From Prorocentrum cordatum (taxonomy: Eukaryota), in contig CAUYUJ010000314.1 in the NCBI GenBank assembly GCA_963575745.1, forward strand, positions 434,001 to 498,000: a DNA stretch of 64,000 bases, given 5' to 3'. The notes beneath the pieces were generated by a model, which did not search any database, had not been told where the DNA came from, and saw only the letters and a program-made list of their open reading frames with translations. Both the position numbers and the translations under genes were made by a program. Positions 47,381-59,008 of this stretch are shown here, one piece after another (position 1 is the first letter of the stretch; every line of letters begins with the position of its first letter).

Positions 47381-47439
47381 GAGGCATCCTGCGGTCTCTT
47401 GGGGGGGCCTCTTTGGGGAGGTTCAGGGGACCTCTTGTG

Positions 47440-47885
47440 GAAGCCGTCTTGCGAGGTGGTCCAGTCCGTTTCCCCTGAGACATCCTCGTAACTCTGAGCT
47501 CCGAGGTGCCGTGCGCGAGGTGGCCCGGCCCGTTTCGCCTGAGACATCCTCGCAACCTTGGGTTCCGAGATGCCGCGCGCGACGTTGTCTTCTCGCTTCA
47601 CCTGAGACATTCTCATAAATCTGGTCGCCGAGATGGCCGCGCCTCACGAGAGGTGGTCTGGCCAGTTTCTCCTGAGACATCCTCACAAATGTGAGCTCCG
47701 AGGTGCCGCGAGCGAGGTGGTCTGACCCGCTTCGCTTGAGATATCCTCGCAGCACTCACCTCCGAGGTGCCGCGCGCGAGGTGGTGTGGCCCGTTTCGCT
47801 TGAGACATCCTCGCACCTCTGAGCTCCGAGGCGCCGTGCTCGGGGTGGTCCAGCCCGTCGCTCGCGCCTGAGACATCCTTGCAGG
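47440..47885 (-). repeat. ~60-bp tandem repeat containing TGAGACATCCTCGC
   Basis: ccgaggtgccgcgcgcgaggtggt...ccgtttcgc.tgagacatcctcgca repeated about 7 times. Confidence 0.85.
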
Positions 47886-50069
47886 TCTACGCCGCTGCAA
47901 TTCTACACCGTTGCGGCTGTCAATGTGACGGGGTAGCGGTGTAGCCCCACACAGTTGCGGCTGCTGGTGTAATGGTGTAACGCTGCAGCCCTACGCCGTT
48001 GTGGCTACTGGTGTGACGGCGTAGCGCTATAGCCCTGCACCGTCATGGTTAACATCGGCTAACGTAAAGGCATAGCTGTGTAGCCCTGCACCTTGGCGGC
48101 CAACGTTGTACCGGTGTAGCCATACACCATTGTCAGCCAACGGTCCAAAGGTGTAGCGGCGTGAGCAAGAATTAGCGCCCCAGATTTCCCCCACGCTGAT
48201 TTCTAATGATTCTCCCATCGTAACGGGCGTCCCCACCACGACGGGAGGTTTTTGGTAGTTTTTGGCCTCCAGAGGCACTGGGCCTCGGCAACGTCAGAAA
48301 ACGACCCAGAAGGAAAATACGGTCCCAGGGAAGGGGTCCCTGTGAACGAAAAAGACAACGTCGGACGTCTGGGAAGCCCAGTTGTTTTGTATCCTCCCAG
48401 CGTAACGGACGTCACCCGGGGGGGGGGGTTGAAGAAGGAACATCGGCACAGACCGAAGTTCTTGGAGGTCCGCGCGCGGATGTCCTGGATCGGCTCTGGA
48501 CCCCCTCCCTGGCGTTGATTTGTGATTCTCCCAGCGTGCCGTCGAGGGAACAAACACGACGGCCATCACCAAGATGTCGCGGGATCTTGTCGACGCCGGC
48601 CTTGGTCATGGTCCAAGCCGGCCGCTGCCGATTCGTAGGGGTGGACCACGAGTTGACGGTGACCAGGATGGACCATGACCCAGATCGACACCGACGTTTC
48701 CGCGTTCCGCCTTGGTCATGGCCATCGTTGTCGGTCACAGGCGTCACCCAGGGAGGTGCCGAAGAAACATCGGCATGAACATACATTTTCAGAGCTCCGC
48801 GCACGGATCGGCGCAGGGCCCCTTTGGCGGCGCCTCCGGCGCCGCCTCCGGCGCGCTCCGCGCGCCAGGGAGGAGGGTCCAGCGCCAATCCACCGCGCCT
48901 CGGCGCGTCACGCTGATCACGTCCCCGCTTCCAGGCGGCAGCGTCCCGCAGCTCTTCCGACCTCCTCGCCCTGCGAAGCGCAGGCGGCGCGCTGTCAGCT
49001 CGCAGGACGCAGGCGTGCCGCCGGGGCCGCCGCCGAGACGCGAAGCGCCAAGCAAGAGTTCCTGACCGCACGTAGCCAGGGGGGGGGGGCGGGTGACGGC
49101 TGCTGCACCGAATGAGATCAAAAATGCAGCTCCAGGAGGCCGAGAGTGAGCATGGGGAGCTGATGCTGCAGGCGCAGGCCTGCTCCCCCCCCGCGCCCGC
49201 TGCTGCATGAGAGGAGCTGGGGTGAGGAGCAGGGAGGCAGGAGAGGGAATAATGGTGACGATGATGGTGATGATGATGAAGCTGAAGTCGAAGATGCAGA
49301 TGAACATGAAGCTGTTGCCAATGATGGTGATGGCGATGGCGATGGCGATGGCGATGGTGATGGTGTTGATGATGATGCTGATAATGATGATGATGATACT
49401 GATGATTGTGATGCTGATGATGATGGTGATGATGATCATCATCATCATGATTACAATGAAGATGACCATGATGGTGATGGAGTCATTCTCACCCGCTTCC
49501 CCTTCCGCGTTCTGCCACCACCGCCGCCTGCTTGCAGAGTGAAGACTTGGCAATACATGTGATCAAGAGCGAGAGCGCTTGCGTGAAAAGGCTTGCGCGC
49601 ATGCCCGCACGCTTTCCTTGCTACATTTCGCTTGCCCGACATTACTGGCCATGCCGATCAAACAGGCTAAGCTTCCGCCATTCGACCTAAGAGACGGCAG
49701 CGGTAAGTAGAATGGTGAATCTGAGCTCATGGACACGATAGAGATAAGTATGATGGAGAAGATTAGCCAAGATAGCCTGGTGAACGACAGGTTATCAGCC
49801 GAAGCCTATCCCCGAGACCACTGCTGCTCTTCTTGAAGCCATGGCGCGCCTGATGCAGGGGTTGGGTGGCGCACGCCCCTGGGCCCATGGCTCGGCTTGG
49901 CTGCAGGTGGACGCGGAGGGCGCTGGAACCCATGCAGTGGAGCTGCAGCGCGTCCAGAACGCGATTGACGGCGCCATGCGTGCGCGCCGCGCGGGTGGAC
50001 TGCAGCATGTCTGAGAGCACCGCGAGCGTGCGCATTTTGTGACGCCCGCCGTGGGTGTGGCTGCTCATG

Positions 50070-53000
50070 CGCGTCTTGGAAGCCATCTTGGACCATCTGG
50101 GCCGTCTTGGAGGCCATCGAAGCCGTCTCGGAGACGTTTTCTGTGGAGCGCCGCGGCCGTCGGGTGGCCGGTGGCATCGGCCGAAGCCTCAGGGGAAATC
50201 TTCAGAATAACCGAAACGCAGATGAAATTTTGCACGTCGGGCACCCTTGTGGCAATACCACAGGGGGCGGCGGAGCGAAGTCGCCTACGGCGAATCACTG
50301 CCGCCCCCTGCCTTTTGAAATCGCCTATGTGGCCGAGCGTTGTGGCAAGAGCTCTGCTAAGCTATCGGACGATGTGTTCCCCCAACCGTTGTGGAAACCC
50401 TTCGGGGAATTCTTGGGGGAGGATAGTCGAGGAAGATCAGGAGGGGGAGGAGGAGGATGAGAAGGAGTTGGAGGAGGAGGAGAGGACAGGAGGAGGAGGA
50501 GGAGGAGGAGCAGGAGGGGCAGGAGGAGGAGGAGGCATCTTGGGAGCTTCTGGGGGCACTCTTGGAATTTCCTGGGAGTTTCCTGAGAGCCTCTTGGAGG
50601 CATCTTGGGGGCCTCCTTGGGCCTCTTGGGAGCCCTCGGGGGCTTGTCGGGGGCCTCTTTGGTCGTCTCAGGGCATTCCTGGCCCGTCTGACGCCGTCGG
50701 AAGCCGTCTTGGGGGCCTCTCTGAACCGACTTGAAACCCTCTTGGGGTGCTCCAGGGCCGTCTTGGAGGCAGTCTTGGACGTCTTGGAGGCCCCTTGGGC
50801 CGTCTGGGGGCCCTCTTGGGGGCCCCTTGGGCCGTTCTGGGGCCATCCTGGAGGCCTCTTGGTCGATCTTTCGGGGCTCTTGGGCCTTCTCGGGCCGTTG
50901 GAAGGCCGAAAGGAAGCAAATACCAAAGTCATTCGAACACATACAGAAAACCAAGGAGTTTGGCCTCTTCGGGCCTTCCTAGAGGCCCTCTTGGAGGCAT
51001 CTTGGGCCGTCTTGGAGACGGCCTCTGGGGCCGTCTTGGGCTATCTTAGAGCCATCTCGGTCCGTCTTGGTGGGCTCCTGGCCCGTCTGACGCCGTCGGA
51101 AGCTGTCTTGGGGGCCTCTCTGGGCTGACTGGGGGCCCGTTGGGGGCGCCTCAGGGCCGTCTAGGAGGCAGTCTTGGGTGTATTGGAGGCTTATTGGGCC
51201 GTCTTAGAGCCCTCTTAGGGCCGTCTTGGGAGCCTCTGGGGCCGTCATGGGGCCGTCTTGGAGGCCGTAAGGGCCATCTTGAGACGTTCTCGGGGCCTCT
51301 TGGGCCCTCGGAGAGCCGATAAGAAGCAAATGCCACCAAAACTTCAAGATGAAAAACCTCAGGGAAATTAATGATTTTGGCCTCTTCGGGCCCTCCTGGA
51401 GAACCTGAGGGAGGCGGCCTCTTGGACCGTCTTGGCCTGTCTTGGAGGCTTGTTTGGGCGGACTTGGAGGTATCTTGGGCCCTCTTGCGCCATTTTCGAC
51501 GCCACATTGGACCTTCTTGGGCGAACTTGGAAGCTATCTTGTCCTCTTGGAGACCATCTTGAGCCGTCTTGAGAGGATTATATCTGAACATTGAGGCCGT
51601 TTCCTGTCGTCTGCGCACCCTCCGGGTGGCTGCCGGGACGGGCCGAAGCGGCAGGGGACGTTCTGTTGGAAAGCAACCAACATCAAACCGTGCAGGGTCC
51701 AGCACGCCGGGCACCCTTGTGGCAGGACCACAGGGGGCGGCGGAGCGAAGAAGCCCCCTGCCTTCTGAAGTCGCCCCTACGGCCGAGCGTTGTGGCAAGA
51801 GCTCTGCCAAGCTATCGGGCCATGCGTTCCCCTATCCGTTGTGCAGACCCTTTGGAGGGCACTTGGAGGAGGATGGCGGGGAAGATCAGGAGGAGGAGGA
51901 GGAGGAGGAGGAGGAGGAGGAGGAGGAGGAGGAGAAGGAGGAGGAGGAGAAGGAGGAGGAGGAGGAGGAGGAGGAGGAGGGGGCATCTTGGGAGCCTCTG
52001 GGGGCACTCTTTGGGCCTCCTGGGAGCTGCTTGGGAGCCTCTTGGAGGCATCTCAGGGGCCTCTTTGGCTGTCTCAAGGCATTCCTGGCCCGTCTGACGC
52101 AGTCGGAAGCCGTCTCGGGTCTTGGGGGCCTCTCTGGGCCGACTTGAAACCCTCCTGCGGTGCTCCAGGGCCGTCTTGGAGGCCATCCTGCGCTTCTTGG
52201 AGGCATCTTGGGCCGTCTTGGGGCCCTCCTAAGGCTGTCTTGGGGGTCTCTTGGGCCGTTCTGGGGCCATCCTGGAGGCTTCTTGGCGATTTTGGGGCGA
52301 TCCTGTCGGGGCTCTTGGGCAGTCGGAAGGCCGAAAAGAAGCAAATGCCAAAGTCCTTCAACACACCTTGCAGGCCTCTTGGGAGGCCTCTTGGGCCGTC
52401 TTGGAAGCCTCTTGGGCCGTCTTGCAGGCCTCTTGGAGGTCCTCTTGCAGGCCTCTTGGGCCGTCTTGGACGCCTCTTGTGGGAGCCTCTTGGGAGCGTA
52501 TTGGGCCATCTTGAGGCTATCTTAGACCGTCTTTGGTGCATCTTGGACCGTCTTCTTGGAGGCATCGTGGGGCCATCTTGGCCGTCTTGGAGAGCATCTT
52601 GGCCGCCTTGGAGGCATCTTGAAGGCCATCTTGGGCCATGGTGGCCGTCTTGGGGATTTTTTGATCGGCGACTTCCGCGCCTTGCGCCATCGTAGCCGTC
52701 TTGGAGGCCATCTTGGCCATCTTGAAAGCCATCTCGGGCCATCTTGGCCGTCTTGAAAGCTACCTTGAGCCGTCTTGGGAGGATTTTTGCTGAGAATTGC
52801 GCGCCTTCCGCGTGGCCGGCGGGATGGACCGAAGCCCCAGGGGAGAGTTCTTTTGAAAAGACCTAACAACAAACCAGTAGGATCTAGCACGCCGGGCACC
52901 CTTGTGGCAAGACCACAGGGGGCGGCGGATCGAAGACGTCTACGTAGAATCACCGCCGCCCCCTGCCTTCTGGAATCGCCTATATGGCTGAGCGTTGTGG

Positions 53001-56000
53001 CAAGAGCTCTGCCATGCTGTCGGACCATGTGTTCCCCCAGCCATTGTGGAAACCCTTCGGGGAACACTTGGGGGAGGATGGCGGGGAAGATCAGGAGGAG
53101 GAGGAGGAAAAATCAGGGGGAATCTTGGGAGCCTCTGGGGGCACTCTTGGTGCCTCCTGGGAGCTTCCTGGGAGCCTCTTGGAGGCCTCTTGGGGGCCTC
53201 CCAGGGCTTCTTGGGGGCCTTGGCGGGCTTCTCGGAGGCCTCCTGGGGTGTCTTAGGGCTCCCTGGGCCGACTCGGGTCCCTCTTGGCGTGCTCCAGGGC
53301 TGTCTTGGAGGCCATCTTGGGCGTCTTGGAGGCCTCTTGGGCCGTCTTGGCGCCCTCTTGGGGCCCCCTTGGGGCTGTCTTGGGGCCTTCTTGGAGACCT
53401 CCTGGGCGATCTTGGGGCGATCTTGAGAGTCTCTTGGGCCGTCTGGAAAACCGAAGAAGCGCAAAGCCAAATGTATTGAAAAACCCTGAGGACAATTGAT
53501 GATTTGGGCCTCTTCGGGCCTTCCTGGAGGACTTCTTGGAAGCCTCGTGGGCCGTCTTGGAGGCCTCGTGAGAGCCTCTTGAGCCATTGAGAATATTTAA
53601 GGCGGTCTTGGGTGCATCTTGGGCCGTCTTGGAGGCATCTCGGGGCCATCTTGGCCATCTTGGAGGCATCTTGGAGGCCATCTTGGGCCATCTTGGCGGT
53701 CTTGAAAGCCATCTGGAGCCGTCTTGGGATAATTTGTCAGAGAATTCCGATCCTTGTGCGGCCTTCCGCGGGGCCGGCGGGATGGGCCGAAGCCCCAGGG
53801 GAGAGTTCTTTTGAAAAAGAACCAACACCAAATCGTAAGATGTCTAGCGCGCCAGGCACTCCTGTGATAAATCAACAGAGGGCGGCGGATCGAAGACGCC
53901 TACGGCGAATCACCGCCGCCCCCCTGCCTTTTGATACCGCCCATGTGGCTGCGCGTTGTGGCAAGAGCTCCGCCAAGCTATCGGACCATGCGTTCCTCCA
54001 ACCGTTGTGGAAACCCTTCGGGGAACGTTTGGGGGGGATGGCGGAGAAGATCAGGAGGAGGAGGAGGAGGAGGAGGAGGAGGAGGAGGAGGGCAGGAGGA
54101 GGAGGAGGAGGAGGGCAGGAGGAGGAGGAGGAGGAGGAGGAGGAGGAAGAGGAAATGGCATCTTGGGAGCCTCTGGGGGCACTATTGGTGCCTCCTGGGA
54201 GCTTCCTGAGAGCCTCTTGAGGGGCATCTTGGGGACCTCCTTGGGCCTCTTGGGGGCCTTAGGGGGCTTCTCGGGGGCCTCTTTGGCCGTCTCAGGGCAT
54301 TCCTGGCCCGTCTGACGGCGTCGGAAGCCGTCTTGGGCCGACTTCAGACCCTCTGGGGGTGCTCCAGGGCCGTCTTGGGGGCCCCTTGGGCCGTTCTGGG
54401 GCCATCTTGGAGGCCTCTTGGGCGATCTTGTGGCGATCTTTGGCGCTCTTGGGCCGTCTCGGGCCGTCTGAAGGCCGAAGAGAAGCAAATGCCAAAATCC
54501 TTGTAAACAGCGATGTTGGCCCCTTTGGGCCTTCCTGGAGGTCCTCTTGGATGCCTCTTAGGCCATCTTGGAGGCCTCTTGGGCGCCTCCTGGGCCCTCT
54601 TTGACCGTGGACTTGGACTCGGAGGTCCTCTTGGGCCCTCTTGGAGGCTTCTTGGGCCGACTTGGAGGCATCGTGGGGCCCTCTTGGGCCGTCTGGGAGG
54701 CCATCGTGGCCATCTTGGAGGCATCTTGGAGACCATCGGGCCATCTTGGCGTTCTTGAAAGCCATCTGGAGCCGTCTTGGGAGAATGTTTCCTGGAATTC
54801 CGGTCCTTGTGCGGCCTTCCGCCCGGCCGTCGGTCGGGACGGGCCGCAGCCCCAGGGGGAGTTCTTTTGGAAAAGAGCCAACACCAAATCGTAAGAAGTC
54901 TCGCACGCCAGGCACCCCTGTGATGAATCAACAGGGGGCGGCGGATGCCGGAGAGAGCGAGGCACGAGCGAGAGACGTCTCGCATGGGGCGAAGCCCTTC
55001 TAGGGAGGGGGTCTGGGCGAGTTGCCCTTTTCCATCTTTTTTTTTCGAGTGGAGCGGCTCCCGGGCGGCTCCCAGGGCCCGTTTCCTCTTATTTTTTCGA
55101 GTGGCGCGGCTCAAGGGCCCCAAGACGGCCCCCAAAGGGCTTTGAAACGGCTCCAGGGGGCCCCACGACGGCCCCAAGAGAGCTTCAGATGGCCTCCAGA
55201 CGGTCCAAGAGAGTCTCGAGACGGCTCCAGAGGCCCTCAAGAAGGCCCCCGAGAGGACTTCAGGAGGCCAAACACATTGATTTCCCGAGAGTTTTTAGAT
55301 GTTTTTCCGGTTTTTCTTTTTTCCAGTCCCAGAAGGACCCCAGACGACCCAAGAGGCTCCCAAGATCGTCCCAAGACGGTCCCAGAGGCGCCCCAAAGGG
55401 TCCCAAAACGGTCCAAGAGGGCCCCAGACGGGCCCAAGACGGCCCAAGAGGCCCCAAAGATCGTCCCAAGACGGACCCGGAGGCCCAAGAGGGCCCCTAG
55501 ACGGCCCAAGAGGGACCCAAGACGGCCCAAGAGGGCTCCCAGACGGCCCTAAGAGAGCCCCAAGAGGCCCCCAAGAGGCTCGCAAGCGGGCCCCAGGAGG
55601 AGGAGGAGGAGGAGGAGAAGGAGGAGGAGGAGGAGGAGGAGGAGGAGGAGGAGGAGGAGGAGGAGGAGGAGGTGGAGGTGGAGGAGGAGGAGGGAGGACG
55701 ACGACGAGGACGAGGACGAGAGAGTAACAGAAGGAGTCAGGAGACGCAGGAGGAGGAGGAAGAGGAGGAGGAGGAGGAGGAGGAGGAGCAGGGCAGGAGG
55801 AGGAGGAGGAGGTGGAGGAGGAGGAGGAGGAGGAGGAGGAGAAAGAGGGACGAGGAGGAGGAGGAGGAGGAGGAGGAGGAGGAGGGAGAGGAGGAGAAGG
55901 AGGAGGAGATGAAGAACATGAAGACAGTTAAAAAGAGGAGGAGGAGGAGGAGGAGGAGGAGGAGGAGGAGGAGGAGGAGGAGGAGGAGGAGCAAGGCTCC

Positions 56001-58977
56001 CAACTGAGAGCGGTGACGTAGCACGCGCTTGCCAGCAAGGCTCCCAAGAGTGAGCGGTGACTCAAAAAGCTCTTACCACCAAGGCTCCCAAGAGCGAGCG
56101 GCAATGTAAGCATCTCCGGGCACGATGACCCTGAACAGAGAGCGGTGACGCAACACATTCTTCCCATCGAGGCTCCCAACAGAGAGCGGTGACGTAACAC
56201 GGGCAGACCAGCAAGGCTCCCAAGATCGAGCGGTGACGCAACAAGCTCTTACCACCACGGTTCCCAAGAGCGGAGGGTGCCATGAGCCATCTCGGGCAGG
56301 TTGCAGAAGCGCTCTTTCCGTTCCCGTGCCGGCCCAGGTAACGGAAAGAGCGAGATACGAGTGATGACGTTCTGGTGTGGGCGAAGCCTTAAAGGGAGGG
56401 GTTCCAGGGGAGGGGGGTAGGGGGAGCGGATTGGTCTGATTGCCATGTTTGGCAGTTTTCCCTTGGGTTTTTGCATGTTTGTCGGGTTCCCCCCTAATGC
56501 TGTCCAAGAGCGCTCCAAGAGAGGCCAAGACCGCCCAAGACGGCCCAAGAGGCCCCAGAGAGGCCCCCAAGAGGCGCCCAAGGGGCGTCCCAAGAGGGCC
56601 CCAAGAGGCCAAAATCATTGATTTTCCCATGGGAAACGTACATGTTTAGCATATACGGCTTTTCGGCTTTCACGGTGTTGACGACGGCCCAAGAGGCCCC
56701 CAAGACCGCCCCAAGACGGCCCAAGAGGCTCCCAAGAGGCCCCCAAAACGGTCCGAGAGGGCCCCCTGACGGCCCAACAGGCGCCCAAGACGGCCCAAGA
56801 GGGCCCCAAGACGGCCCCAAGAGGGGGACCACGAACCGAAAAGTCTAGCCTTTCGCCCCAAGACGCTCCCAGGAGGCCCCAAGAGCCCCCGAAGAAGCCC
56901 CAAGAGGCCCCAAAGAGGCGTCCCAAGAGGCCCCCAGGAGGCCAATATTATTGATTTCCTATGGGGAAAGGTACATTTATAGCATACACGGCTTTTCGGC
57001 TTTCACGGTGTTGACGACGGTCCAAGAGGCCCCAAAGACCGCCCCAAGACGGCCCAAGGGGCTCCCAAGAGGCCTCCAAAACGGCCCAAGAAGGCCCCAA
57101 GACGGCCCAAGAGGCGCCCAAGACGGCCCAAGAGGGCCCCTAAGACGGCCCCAAGAGGGGGACCACGAACCGACAAGTTTAGACTTTCGCCCCAAGAAGT
57201 TCCCAGGAGGCCGCCTCCCAAGAAGCGGCCCCCAAGAGGTTCCCAAGAGGCCTCCAAAAGGGCCCGACAAGGGCCGCAATAGGACTCCCAAGAAGGCCCA
57301 GAGACGCCAAATACAGCGATCGGTAACGCAAAAAGCTCTTCACACCAAGGCTCCCAAGAGCGAACGGTGACGTAAACAACCTGATAAGACCAAGGCTCCA
57401 GGCAGAGAGCGGTGACGTAACAAGTTCCTGACACCAAGGCCCAGCCAAGGCTCAGGAACGGGCGGCAACGCAACAATCTCTGAACACCAAGGCTCCCAAG
57501 AGCGAGGGGTGACGTAACAAGCTCTTAACGCAAAGGCTCCCAGTACGAACGGTGGTGTGAGTAGTTTCGGTTCCTGTTTCTGAAGCGCTCTTTCCGTTTC
57601 TGGGTCGGGCCAGGTCTAGTGGCTTCGGCCCGTCCCGCCACCGTGCCTGGGTTGTAGTCCAAAGGCCTCTCGGAAGCATGTTTAGGGTCTCTCGGGATCC
57701 CTCTCGGGGGGCTCTCGGGTACAGTTTTCGTTAGCCCCGAAGGGGCTGGCGGATTGTCTTCGGTATTTCAGGTCTGCGCGCCCATCATTGGGCCTCTTCG
57801 GAGCAGCGCGTCCAGCAGATCCAGCTTTGATTCAGGAGCTGAAAGTCTTGCAGCTCTTGCCGTCAGATCAGGTTGGGTTCTCATCACCCCGGCTTCTTCG
57901 GCTCCCAGTGCCACACTGCATGGGCTCCCCCCTCCCGCAGCCAGCACTTTGATTGGATCTTGGGCCAGCGAGCCCGAGACCAGGACCACTCTGTTTGGTG
58001 TGGGTGCTCCCCGGGCTTGTTTTCCCACGCGAGCTTGCTGCGAGCTCCGGCGCCCAGGAGCGCCTGCGCGCCCTCTCGCGGGCGCTTTGGCGAGTGCCAG
58101 GTGGGGCGCCCGAGAGCACGCGCGAGCGGCCCGGGAGCGCCTGGCGCGCGCGCCTCTGCGAGCGCTGCTGCGGGTGCTGGGAGGGACGCGCCCGGGAGCG
58201 CCTGCGAGCGCCCGGGGAATCGCCGGGAGGCGCGCGCGGGAGCGCCCGGGAATCGCGCTCGGGAACGCTTGCGGCCGCTGGGCGGGGGCGCCCAGGAGCG
58301 CGCGTGAGGCGCCTGATTCCAAAGCGCAGCCCGCCAGAATAATCCAGACCAGCTCAAAGAAGAGTCGCCGTCGGCTTTTTCGTGAGGTTGAGCTGATTGA
58401 TCTGAGTTTTTCTGTCCCGCCGCCATCTTTTTGGGAACGCCGGTTGCTGCTTTTCATTGTTTTCCCCGTCGCCCGTTTGTTTTGGGATACTAAGGGGTGT
58501 TTTCTGTTGCTTCAGGGGCGATGGGTTCTCCCCTGCAGCGGAGAACCACGCTGCAGAATTGGCCATGGGCGCTCTCGCCTACGAGCCCCATCCGATTGCA
58601 ATTATATTGTAGAGGCTTCTGGCCTGTGCCGCCGATCCGGGGCGCTCCAGGACGCTCCGTGCAAATTCGTCATGTCTAATGGCGTGTGAGCTTTTCTTCG
58701 AGGAGGCAGGGAGGGTCGAGGAGTCAGGGAGGGGGATGAGGAGGGACGGGGCGGAGTACAAGGAGGAGGAGGAGGAGGACAATGGGGAGGAGGAGGAGGA
58801 GGAGGAGGAGGACAATGAGGAGGAGGAGGAGGAGGAGGAGGAGGAGGAGGAGGAGGAGGGGGAGGAGGAGGGTGTTGGCAGTCGCCTCAGGGAGTAGATG
58901 TTGGATGGAATGTTTGCCTCATGTCCGTCTGTCGAGCTCGTTGGCGGGCTAGTTCCCGGACGGGTTGGCTCGTGGAG

Positions 58978-59008
<31 letters not shown>

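Noticed and set aside
55992..57560. CRISPR-like appearance of the 43-bp arrays (and of 36067-36147)
   Set aside because: Spacers are only 5-12 nt and, in the 43-bp arrays, related to each other with degenerate repeats. No cas genes; eukaryotic context.
57754..58689. 311-aa and 229-aa ORFs as a host gene
   Set aside because: Largely a GC-rich GCGCGCC low-complexity tract with no motif. Small host exons cannot be excluded anywhere in the window.
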